Notes under the pieces: generated by a model
The model's input: only the letters and a program-made list of their open reading frames with translations
Told to the model about the DNA's origin: nothing
Database searches by the model: none
Part shown: piece after piece, positions 17,951 through 26,426 of the stretch
How the letters are laid out: each line of letters starts with the position of its first letter
How positions within the stretch are numbered: the stretch's first letter is position 1
Translations under genes and position numbers: made by a program
Assembly: GCA_947626955.1 (NCBI GenBank)
Contig: CANQUB010000003.1
Location: forward strand, 1-60,889
Direction of reading: 5' to 3'
Origin: an uncultured Clostridia bacterium
GTDB lineage: Bacteria > Bacillota > Clostridia > Christensenellales > UBA1242
Length of the DNA stretch: 60,889 bases

Positions 17951-18667
17951 TTAAAATATCATCGACCAAATGGCGGTTATCAAGTTTTGCCCCTCACGAA
18001 CAATGATGACCGCCTTGCCGATTATGTCTTTGGCTTTGACTGGGCCAAAAATTCGGCTATCCAGCGACACCACGCGGTTGTCGCCCATGACAAAGTATTC
18101 ATCACTGCCCAAAGTGAGCGAAAATTCATAGGTTTTATCAAGAGCGTCATAGACCTTGTTTGCAAAAGTATAGGTTGGGTTGACCACAGCGTTGACCGTT
18201 TGTAGCCCGTCTTTTACGTAGTCCTCTTTGATCTTGACGTCGTTTACATAGACGTCCACTTTATAGTAAGCCACCGTTTGTATGTGTATGTCGGCCACAC
18301 GCTTGAATGTTATTTTGTCGTTCGGGCGGGCGATTACCCTTTTTATGATGTCCTCACCCGAGGCTGTATAGCCGCCCTCGATAATGACTATGTCGCTGTA
18401 GTCGGGATTGTGTGTGCGGTAGCAAAAGACCCAGTCGGTATCACCTGTGCGGTTGATGGTAGGCTGCATACTCGTGCCCTTTATGTCCACCTGCATGAAC
18501 ACGATGTCAAAGACGAACAAATAGCACACAAAGCAAATGCCAAAAATGATCATTGCTCCAAGAAAATAGCTGTAAAAACTCCAGCTTTTTCCAATTTCAA
18601 CAATCTTTCTTCTCTCTTTTGGCTTTTTACGCTTTTCTAAAGTTTCTTCAAGTTCTTGGCTTTGCAT
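17951..18667 (-). CDS. lepB: Signal peptidase I
   Basis: TM segment, GTSMQPT (Ser), IIKRVIA (Lys), GDNRVVSLDSR; start refined to ATG 18667. Confidence 0.93.
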   Translation of the reverse strand: MQSQELEETLEKRKKPKERRKIVEIGKSWSFYSYFLGAMIIFGICFVCYLFVFDIVFMQVDIKGTSMQPTINRTGDTDWVFCYRTHNPDYSDIVIIEGGYTASGEDIIKRVIARPNDKITFKRVADIHIQTVAYYKVDVYVNDVKIKEDYVKDGLQTVNAVVNPTYTFANKVYDALDKTYEFSLTLGSDEYFVMGDNRVVSLDSRIFGPVKAKDIIGKAVIIVREGQNLITAIWSMIF

Positions 18668-18709
18668 ATGCACATTGTAGCACCAATCCCCGCCCCTTGG
18701 CAACTGTTT

Positions 18710-18908
18710 TTTAGTTCCGCGAGGCTTACCTCGCGGTCTAACACCCCGCAAAGTGTGTCGAAAAAGCGATTGCAGGCGGCAAACTTTGATAGAAGATTGC
18801 TGACAGTTGAGCTTGAGCTTCGACGAGGGTTCTACTTCGGGGGGGGTATTCTAAATTTCACGCTAGGTGCGGCGAGTTGTGGCGCTAGGCAAGTCTCGCG
18901 GAACTAAA
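18710..18908. mobile_element. MITE-like 199-bp element with 22-bp terminal inverted repeats
   Basis: tttagttccgcgaggcttacct 18710-18731 versus aggcaagtctcgcggaactaaa 18887-18908 (2 mismatches); interior shares sequence with 15875-15930. Confidence 0.65.
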
Positions 18909-18956
18909 TGCCTCGACGCCCTATAATTGTTTTTAAGAAAGAATTTCGTTAAAGTT

Positions 18957-21014
18957 TTATTTTTCGCAATATGCGCGGTAAACAGCATCAAAGAAACATT
19001 GTGCTATTTTTTCCATTCCCCATTCATTTGGATGATACATAACATCTTCTGAAGATACGAAATAGAAAGGTAAATTTGTAGAGTTTATTCCGCTATCATT
19101 ATACAAATCAACAACATGGCATCCGTATTGTCTCGCAAGACGTGTTATTACTTCGTTGTATGCAATAAGGTCGGACTCTGTTGAATGTTCTCCCCTGTTT
19201 GGTAAAAGTGTAAACAAAAATACATCTGCGTTCTCATACTTATGTCTAATTTGTGAAAGCATATTACTATAAGACTCTTCAAAAGCACTGGCTGATATAC
19301 TCCAGATAAAATCATTGGCTCCCATATATACAGCAATAATATCTGGGTTAACAATTGCAGTTTGCTGTTCGTCGAGAGTATCATCATGCAACTGCAAGCA
19401 TCTTTCCTGTGCCAATTCAGAAGTTTTGTCTGATGAATAGGAATTGTTTACGCACAAATCCATACCCGTCATTTCAAGTGCTTTATACCACCAAGTTTTC
19501 CAAACTCTATTAAGTTCGTGGCCGTCCCAATAAGTAAAAGCATTGTTTCCTATGGTAGAGTTGTCTTTTGTATTGTTTGAATAGCCATCGTATGCGCTGA
19601 CACTATCACCTAAAATTGAAAATTGTTTTCCGCTCAATTTAGCTTTAAGTTCGGTTTCTTTTTGTTTCTGAACTAATTCACCTTCAAGAGTCTCCAAATG
19701 TTCAACTTGAGTTTCAAAGTTCCTAAGTTCTGTGTAATAAACATCCATATATATTGAGCCGTCGCCAACGCCGCCCCAATTTTCGTCTTTTCCACAAAAT
19801 TGCCATGAATATGGAGAAATAACCCTAAGAGGTTTTCCCTTTTTATATCCATCCCATCCATAAACAACGCTGTCGTTAGGACCTCCAAAACCTAAAGTTT
19901 CGTCTTCTGCCAATTGAATATCACACTTAAAGGTTGTCCACTGACCAATCCAACCCTCGCCGCCAGCATCGACATAATGATGAATTTTGAATTCCTCTTT
20001 TCTTAGTGCATCACTTTCCAAACCTTCTTTTGTGTTTTCAAAAACAGATACTGTAAACACGCCATCCGCCCAATCTTCTCTCTTATCTGACGACGTTATC
20101 TCCATAACTGGAACATCAATTCTTGTTATCCTTTTGCCAGCAAACAATCTTAGATCTTTGTATGCAATCGTTTTAGTTACGCCCCAAGATAGATAATATC
20201 CGCTTATGTTTTCCTTGTTTTGTTGATTTGCTCTAATGTCAGCCATTGTTTTGAAAATAGGTCTTTCCCATTCCACAATATTAACTTTGACTTGGATAGC
20301 AAGGGTGTCTGCATATTCTCCACTTGCAATAACTTCGTCATGAGCCTTGTTATCTAGCAAAGTAAAATTGCCAACTTCGTCATCAACAGGAACATCTTTT
20401 AAGCAATAAAGCGACACTGAGTTGTTTCCACCAAGCACAATGGTTTCGTCTTCATTTAGCTTCAAAGGATCTTCGAAGTGAATTATGCTTTTGCCTTTAA
20501 CCACCAAATAGTTTTGTGCGTTTTCAACCGCCAACTGTTCTCCCATTTTGCGAGCGTTGACGATATCGCTTACCTTGGCAGTTCCCACAGACAAAGTTCC
20601 CGACGTTTTAGCATAAACTGTTAAATCCGACACTTCCAAGCCGGAATATAGTGCGACATTGGCATTTTCCTTGTAATATGGCATTAAAGCAATGCGGTTT
20701 TGTGCAAGCTGAACATATTCGCTATCAAAAAAATCGCTCATTTTGCCTATTACACCAAGTGTATCTTCAAACACCTCATCTTCATGCGCTTGTGGCATAT
20801 AACAATTTGTCCTTTGATCTCCAACCCAAACATAATTGTCATAGCCGATGTAGGCATCTTCTACTCCTAGGGTATCCCCCCACCCCCCGTTATTTTCCAC
20901 GGTGGTGTTGTTATTCTTTGATGTTAAACGAAAAACTATTGGGTTTATGATAGAAATAACAAAAGCCAAGCATGTTAACACCCAAAGCAAACCTTTTTCC
21001 CAAGATCTATTCAT
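18957..21014 (-). CDS. Secreted protein with C-terminal SGNH/GDSL hydrolase domain
   Basis: FSILGDSVS, SYSSD, MGAND, YHPNEWGM blocks; N-terminal TM segment. Confidence 0.85.
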   Translation of the reverse strand: MNRSWEKGLLWVLTCLAFVISIINPIVFRLTSKNNNTTVENNGGWGDTLGVEDAYIGYDNYVWVGDQRTNCYMPQAHEDEVFEDTLGVIGKMSDFFDSEYVQLAQNRIALMPYYKENANVALYSGLEVSDLTVYAKTSGTLSVGTAKVSDIVNARKMGEQLAVENAQNYLVVKGKSIIHFEDPLKLNEDETIVLGGNNSVSLYCLKDVPVDDEVGNFTLLDNKAHDEVIASGEYADTLAIQVKVNIVEWERPIFKTMADIRANQQNKENISGYYLSWGVTKTIAYKDLRLFAGKRITRIDVPVMEITSSDKREDWADGVFTVSVFENTKEGLESDALRKEEFKIHHYVDAGGEGWIGQWTTFKCDIQLAEDETLGFGGPNDSVVYGWDGYKKGKPLRVISPYSWQFCGKDENWGGVGDGSIYMDVYYTELRNFETQVEHLETLEGELVQKQKETELKAKLSGKQFSILGDSVSAYDGYSNNTKDNSTIGNNAFTYWDGHELNRVWKTWWYKALEMTGMDLCVNNSYSSDKTSELAQERCLQLHDDTLDEQQTAIVNPDIIAVYMGANDFIWSISASAFEESYSNMLSQIRHKYENADVFLFTLLPNRGEHSTESDLIAYNEVITRLARQYGCHVVDLYNDSGINSTNLPFYFVSSEDVMYHPNEWGMEKIAQCFFDAVYRAYCEK

Positions 21015-21160
21015 AAAATTCTCCTTTTAAATAAATCGTCTATTAATAGGGTAGCACTTTTTTTTTAAAAAGTAAAACCAAAAAACGACCAAATTCAACC
21101 TGTTTTCCCATATTTTTTTACTGCCGATTATTTATCGATAATTTTTTAGCCCAATCTTTA

Positions 21161-23233
21161 TTATTCCAAAACAATCTTAATTTTTAACACTTCGCCAAGA
21201 TTTCCCATTACGTCTTCTGGCTGGATAACGAGATAAAATTCTCCCTTATACTCAGGGTTATAGTAAAACGCCGAACCGTCGGTTTGACCAATAAGGTTGC
21301 AGTAGCTTACCTTTTCTCCCTCTTTAACTTTAAAAATATTATAATGCCAAATGTTGTCACTTGGCGCATCCCACAAAAGTTGAAGCATACCATTTTTGAA
21401 TGTTACTTTTGCATTGGTTGGTTTGCCGGGACGTATTGCATAATATTTTTCAAAAGTGGAATTTACATCCCTCTTCTTCCACTCGGAAAATTTTGTGCTT
21501 GTCGGGCAAAGCGTTGCCCCGTCCTTAAAGGCTATGTCATCAAGCAAAGAGGTTGAGTCTTCGCAGTTGAATTTTGTCAAGTTTTTTGCATAATATTTAT
21601 TATCTTTAAATTTGTACCAGCTCGCTTCAATTCCCGCGTTAGAAGAGCCTCCAATAAGGTTGAAATAAAAGTTGGAACTTGAGCCAGTGTAGACAACATG
21701 GTTATTAACAAATGTGTTGCCCAGCCACTTTTCTATTCCATTATCCTTTCTTGCAACAAACAATCCTTTTCTTACATACTGGTTTGAAACATTACGCCCA
21801 TGCACCGGTGCGGCTTTTATAAGGTTATTGGAAACTTCCAGATTGCGAAGGGATAGCAAATCCTTTGAATTCATTTCAATATATTTCCAAGATGTATCCT
21901 GTCCATTCCAAGGAAGGTAGTCGCTTACAGTAATCTGTCCATATTGGTTGGTGCAGCAACGGTTATCCCAAACACGATTATGCGTTATCTTGCAACTTGC
22001 ACATGCCATAGTAGAAATTCCGGCACCATCACAATGATAGCAATTGTTGTAGGAAACATCAATGTTCAAGCAGTTAAAATCGATATCAATTGCTGTGCCA
22101 TCATAAGGCCCACCTTGCCTAAAGCAATCAAACACTTCATTGTATTTTATTTCGGCATCTTTCAAACTCAAAGCCATTATGCCGCCCTGGCCTTCCATAG
22201 GGGAGTCGGTCGAACCATCATCTAAAGTTCCAATCTTGTATTTTCCACCATTATAAACATAGTTACGATTGATGGTGCAACCAGTCGCTGACTCTACCGC
22301 AATACATATAGAACCTGCGTCATGCACTAAATTGTTGTCAACATGAACATCATTAAATATTGTAAATTTTGTTTGACTAAAGCCCAAACCCCATGCACAA
22401 ATACCAATTCCCGTTCTTCCTAGATTATAAACATGATTGTTGGTTATATAAAAACCTTTTAAAACGAAATCATCGGCAGATTCTTCATAGGAATCGTAAA
22501 TATTGCTTGCTGCTATACCTATAACGTTTGTGTAACAACTATTTGAATGAATAACATTGTTTACTATGTAAACATTTTTATATTTCTCTGTTCTCCCATT
22601 TTCGTAGTCATAATTTGCCATTATGCCATACCCACATTCATCTGTGTTTTTGCGACTGCCCCATATTATGCTTAATTCCAAATCACGAACAACAATATTT
22701 GAGCAACGCACAATACTAACTGCGGCTTGATGCCCACCAGGGTCAGTAAAAGTTCCAACACTTTGATTTATTTCAATAACAGGTCTCTTGTTTGAGTCGC
22801 CATAAGAGGCAATAGTGATGGGATTTCCTTCTATCCCATAACAGTCATATATTTCCAAGTTGGTTTTGAAAACATCTCCTCTTTTCAACAAAATTTGGTC
22901 TCCTGGCCTGAAAAAAGGAAGTTGTCCATTCTTCTTGCTGTTACGCGTAAGCCACCTAATATAGTCAAGACTAACAGGGTCATCTTCCGACAAACCTGTT
23001 TGGGAGTTAAATCCAGGAGATTCAAAAGTTTTTCCATCTGCCGCCACATAAAATGTTCGCCCATCATGAGACAGTGGATAATTTGTCTTTTCTTCCGCAA
23101 GATTAGTGTCCGCAAAAACAAACTCTTTTATCTCGCCTGGAACCATTAATTGTATGCCAAACACAAAAACGAATAGGAGAACAAAACCCAATATCACCGA
23201 AATTGATGCAATCCAAACTTTTTTCTTTTCCAT
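21161..23233 (-). CDS. Secreted right-handed beta-helix (pectin-lyase-like) protein
   Basis: N-terminal TM; PGDQILLKRGDVF, repeated INRNYVYN/IKYNEVFD/VSYNNCYH strands; Fn3-like C-terminus. Confidence 0.8.
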   Translation of the reverse strand: MEKKKVWIASISVILGFVLLFVFVFGIQLMVPGEIKEFVFADTNLAEEKTNYPLSHDGRTFYVAADGKTFESPGFNSQTGLSEDDPVSLDYIRWLTRNSKKNGQLPFFRPGDQILLKRGDVFKTNLEIYDCYGIEGNPITIASYGDSNKRPVIEINQSVGTFTDPGGHQAAVSIVRCSNIVVRDLELSIIWGSRKNTDECGYGIMANYDYENGRTEKYKNVYIVNNVIHSNSCYTNVIGIAASNIYDSYEESADDFVLKGFYITNNHVYNLGRTGIGICAWGLGFSQTKFTIFNDVHVDNNLVHDAGSICIAVESATGCTINRNYVYNGGKYKIGTLDDGSTDSPMEGQGGIMALSLKDAEIKYNEVFDCFRQGGPYDGTAIDIDFNCLNIDVSYNNCYHCDGAGISTMACASCKITHNRVWDNRCCTNQYGQITVSDYLPWNGQDTSWKYIEMNSKDLLSLRNLEVSNNLIKAAPVHGRNVSNQYVRKGLFVARKDNGIEKWLGNTFVNNHVVYTGSSSNFYFNLIGGSSNAGIEASWYKFKDNKYYAKNLTKFNCEDSTSLLDDIAFKDGATLCPTSTKFSEWKKRDVNSTFEKYYAIRPGKPTNAKVTFKNGMLQLLWDAPSDNIWHYNIFKVKEGEKVSYCNLIGQTDGSAFYYNPEYKGEFYLVIQPEDVMGNLGEVLKIKIVLE

Positions 23234-23369
23234 TTTTCTACCTTTGCAATTATTACTTTAATAATAACACAAATATTTTCAATATCGCAAACAAATTTAG
23301 TTTATCTTATTCGTTTACCTGTTTTTTGTTAGGTTGCAACTTTTCTAACATTTTTATCCAATAAACTAG

Positions 23370-23413
23370 CAAACTCGTTCGTCGGGGCCCCTATTTTTCC
23401 CTCGTGTCGACCA
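23370..23413 (+). repeat. M4 end fragment fused to an inverted copy of the tRNA-Arg 3' end
   Basis: caaactcgttcgtcggggcccc (M4 end), then tccctcgtgtcgacca versus tRNA TCCCTCGTGGAGCACCA. Confidence 0.7.
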
Positions 23414-23446
23414 AAAAGAAACACGGCACATGGCCGTGTTTCTTTT

Positions 23447-23523
23447 TGGTGCTCCACGAGGGACTCTAACCCCCAACCTACCGGTTCGAAGCCGGGCACT
23501 CTATACAGTTGAGCTAGTGGAGC
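23447..23523 (-). tRNA. tRNA-Arg (TCG)
   Basis: 77-nt cloverleaf GCTCCAC...GTGGAGCACCA, anticodon loop CTTCGAA; terminator follows. Confidence 0.9.
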
Positions 23524-23717
23524 ATTTCACTAGCGATTATACCTCATAAAAACATTTTTATCAACTATTATTTGAAAATTAAATTTGGTTTAGTGTGCTT
23601 ACAACTTGAAATACTTTTTGTTAACACAATGACCTTTTTAAAGTCAAATATCTTACACATTATCTTACATATCATTTTGCATATTGTTTGCACAATTTAT
23701 TCTTTTATTTGTCTCAA

Positions 23718-24281
23718 TCAATTTCGCAATTTTTTAGCTATATCGGCGATTTTTTGAAGGGCGGATGTGTCGGCGCTGGCGGGGAGAGTGTCGGTATGTA
23801 AAGATAGAACCATATCGCCTTCGTCAAGGGTGGCGTTAAGGCGTTTGAAGATGTATTTAGCCTGCTTTATGGGCAAATCCTCGTTGGTCTCACCCATCAA
23901 AGATTTGCAGGCATGACCACCCGCCGTGAGAATAAGCACACCCTTTTTAGGCCTGAAGCTTGGCCTTTTCTCGGACCAAAACATATAGTTAAACCGCGAG
24001 ATGACGTTGAACATCGACCCCGGGAGATTGCTGTAATAAATAGGGCTGGCAATGACCAAAACATCGTAATCGTCAGCCTTGAGCTTATCAAACTGATCAT
24101 GCAAAACACATGGCACTTTTTTGCATGCCTCGCAGCCAAGGCACAGGCCAATCTCGCCCTTGCCGCGCAAATAGGCATAGGCAAAGTCCACTTCGCCCTC
24201 GAAGTTTTTTATAAACTCATTTACCAGTCTCATGCAGTCTCCGTTTGCTCTTGGGCTGCCAAATAGAATTAGGGCTTTCAT
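23718..24281 (-). CDS. Flavodoxin-like / iron-sulfur flavoprotein (NADPH-dependent FMN reductase family)
   Basis: MKALILFGSPRANG, CLGCEACKKVPC, IASPIYYSNLPG; start refined to ATG 24281. Confidence 0.9.
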   Translation of the reverse strand: MKALILFGSPRANGDCMRLVNEFIKNFEGEVDFAYAYLRGKGEIGLCLGCEACKKVPCVLHDQFDKLKADDYDVLVIASPIYYSNLPGSMFNVISRFNYMFWSEKRPSFRPKKGVLILTAGGHACKSLMGETNEDLPIKQAKYIFKRLNATLDEGDMVLSLHTDTLPASADTSALQKIADIAKKLRN

Positions 24282-24318
24282 AGGTGTCTCCTTTGTTTCG
24301 GCTTCGCCGAAACAATAA

Positions 24319-24700
24319 AATGAAAAATGAAGAATGAAAAATGAAGAATTATGGCATCGCACTTTGTGCGAGATTGCAGCCTTGCCCCCGTTTGGTGAGC
24401 AAACTCACCACCTTCTTCGTCGAAATTCGAGTGCTGGCTAAAAGCAATCATGCTACGCAGGCTTGCCTTTGCTAACCCTCGAACTTCTCCTCTCCCCATC
24501 AAGCTCGTAAACTCGCTCGTCGGGGACCCCTTTGTGTCGGGGGAGACTTAGAGAGATGAAATTGTCACCATATGTGGCTCCCCCTCGACGGAGGGAGCTG
24601 GTCGAAGACCTGAGGGGGTGAATAAGTATCCGCTTTCTCACGATGTTAACTAGTAACAATTTAGTGCTCGTAAAGTAGCAGATAAGGCAAGATTTATGAC
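24319..24700. repeat. Composite repeat cluster: 7-mer tract, M4 (forward), M5-M2
   Basis: 24355-24549 is the reverse complement of 51445-51637; 24575-24686 is a direct copy of 51283-51394; few mismatches in each. Confidence 0.92.
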
Positions 24701-24900
24701 AAGAGCGAAGGAAACTGATGTTTGGTAGACCTGTTTGGTCACCAAATGTCAGGTTTCAAAGCTATTGTTATAAAGGTTGCCTTAGGTGCGAAGATATGGG
24801 CCGCATCGTAAGCGATGCGGAACCAAAAGTTTGGGTTTTGGGCTAGGCTCGGGCGGTGACATCTACGCAGGAGTTTTCGTCGAAGTTCGAGTGCTGGCTA

Positions 24901-25031
24901 CTCTAGCGGCGAAGTTTGCACTTTCGCCAAGGCTCGACGAGTAGGGTCAAGGCAGGAGTTTATTTAAATAAATGACTGTCTTGCCCTGCTCGGCAGAAAC
25001 GCAGGCGAAAGTGTAAAATTCGCCGCTAGAG
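24901..25031. mobile_element. 131-bp foldback (MITE-like) element overlapping the HD gene stop codon
   Basis: 28-bp inverted repeat 24901-24928 / 25004-25031 (2 mismatches) plus nested internal stems. Confidence 0.6.
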
Positions 25032-25541
25032 AAATTCTTCGTAGCCGGCGATACGAGCCTGCCACCGCTTATAAAATTCTTCGTACATCTCGGGCTTGTG
25101 GGCTTTTTCGGCGTAGACCTTGCACTGAGCGACGGTGTCGAGCTTGTCGAGCATCTTCACAAACTGTGCCTCGGGGGTTTTGTTCTCTTCAAACTCAACC
25201 CAAAGGCTGAGAGCCTCGTCAAAACCGTAGGACCTGGCTATGCGGTCAACGGCAGCCTTTTCGAGGTTGTATTTCTCTTCAAGGTCGATCTTGTCCCACG
25301 GGCTGATATCCCCGACGTCGATCTCTCCAAGTTCATGGATAAGGATCATTTTATAGACCTTAGCCTCATCGAATTGAAGTTTACGTTTAGAGATAATCCT
25401 CATGGCGAGCAGGGCCATTGAGCAGGTGTGTTCGGCGTCGCTCTCCAGTCTCATTGGAGTGCCGCCGTCAACCTTCCATTCCTGCCAGCCCTTACGTAGC
25501 ACGTTTTTAAGCTTGTATAGTTCTTCATAAAAATTGCTCAT
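25026..25541 (-). CDS. HD-domain hydrolase (YfbR/5'-deoxynucleotidase-like)
   Basis: LKNVLRKGW, ESDAEHT, IHELGEIDVGDI, LDKLD; start refined to ATG 25541. Confidence 0.88.
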   Translation of the reverse strand: MSNFYEELYKLKNVLRKGWQEWKVDGGTPMRLESDAEHTCSMALLAMRIISKRKLQFDEAKVYKMILIHELGEIDVGDISPWDKIDLEEKYNLEKAAVDRIARSYGFDEALSLWVEFEENKTPEAQFVKMLDKLDTVAQCKVYAEKAHKPEMYEEFYKRWQARIAGYEEFL

Positions 25542-25657
25542 AATTTTCCTCACCAAAATTATATTATAATTTTGCAAAAACTTTCGTCAAACAAATAAAC
25601 AAAAGAAAATAAAAACCACCAAAATGGTGGTTAAAAAAGGCAAGCCAGGTGAATAAA

Positions 25658-26317
25658 CTAAAACTTTTTAAGCCAAATATGATAGTGCGGGCTGAAGGTG
25701 CCGTAGTGGGTCAGCACTCGCACATTCTTTATGCTGACAATTTTAAAGTCGTTAAAAAGAGTTTTGCAGTCCTCATCATCAATGTAAAAGTGCGGGATGC
25801 CGTTTTCGGGGCCGTCCTCAACGCGTATGCGAGTGTTCTCGTCAACATAGGTGCAGGCCGGGTTGTTGAACCAGTAGCTTTCCTTTGAACCAACAGTGAA
25901 ATAGACCTCTCCGCCAGGCTTTAACACCCTCTTAATCTCTTTAAGCACTTTGTCAAAGCCCTTTTTGTCAGTGTGCTCAATCACGTTGAAGGCCAAAACG
26001 CAGTCAAAGCTGCCAGCTTTATATGGCATTTTGAGCATATCTGCAATGCAAATGTCTTTTATTTTTACCCCCTCTTTCTCGGCCTTTTGTTTTGTCATTT
26101 CCACGCTATGCTCGGACAGGTCGAAGGTGGTGACCTCAAAGCCTTTTTTGGCCATAAAGATGCAGTTGCGACCAAAGCCGCAGCCCATATCTAGAAATTG
26201 TTTGTATCCCTTGTCCTTCCAGTTCTCGCAAAGATAATAGACCTCGGCGGCCGGGGTGTTCCAATACTTGTCGTCCTTTGGGACAATCTCCCATTGCCAT
26301 GCTTTAGATTTAACCAT
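25658..26317 (-). CDS. Class I SAM-dependent methyltransferase
   Basis: FLDMGCGFGRN motif I, ADMLKMPY, RVLKPGG. Confidence 0.93.
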   Translation of the reverse strand: MVKSKAWQWEIVPKDDKYWNTPAAEVYYLCENWKDKGYKQFLDMGCGFGRNCIFMAKKGFEVTTFDLSEHSVEMTKQKAEKEGVKIKDICIADMLKMPYKAGSFDCVLAFNVIEHTDKKGFDKVLKEIKRVLKPGGEVYFTVGSKESYWFNNPACTYVDENTRIRVEDGPENGIPHFYIDDEDCKTLFNDFKIVSIKNVRVLTHYGTFSPHYHIWLKKF

Positions 26318-26426
26318 ATCTCTCTCCTACTATTTTTATTATATCAAAAGCCCAAAGTTTTTCAAACTTTTTTACAGCCCGCCGTCAAAAATACATAACT
26401 AAAAAACCACCCATGCGGGTGGTCTA

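Noticed and set aside
18710-25031. Integron cassette array (foldbacks as attC sites)
   Set aside because: No tyrosine integrase in the window, foldbacks lack consistent RYYYAAC/GTTRRRY ends, and they are not regularly interspersed with single genes.
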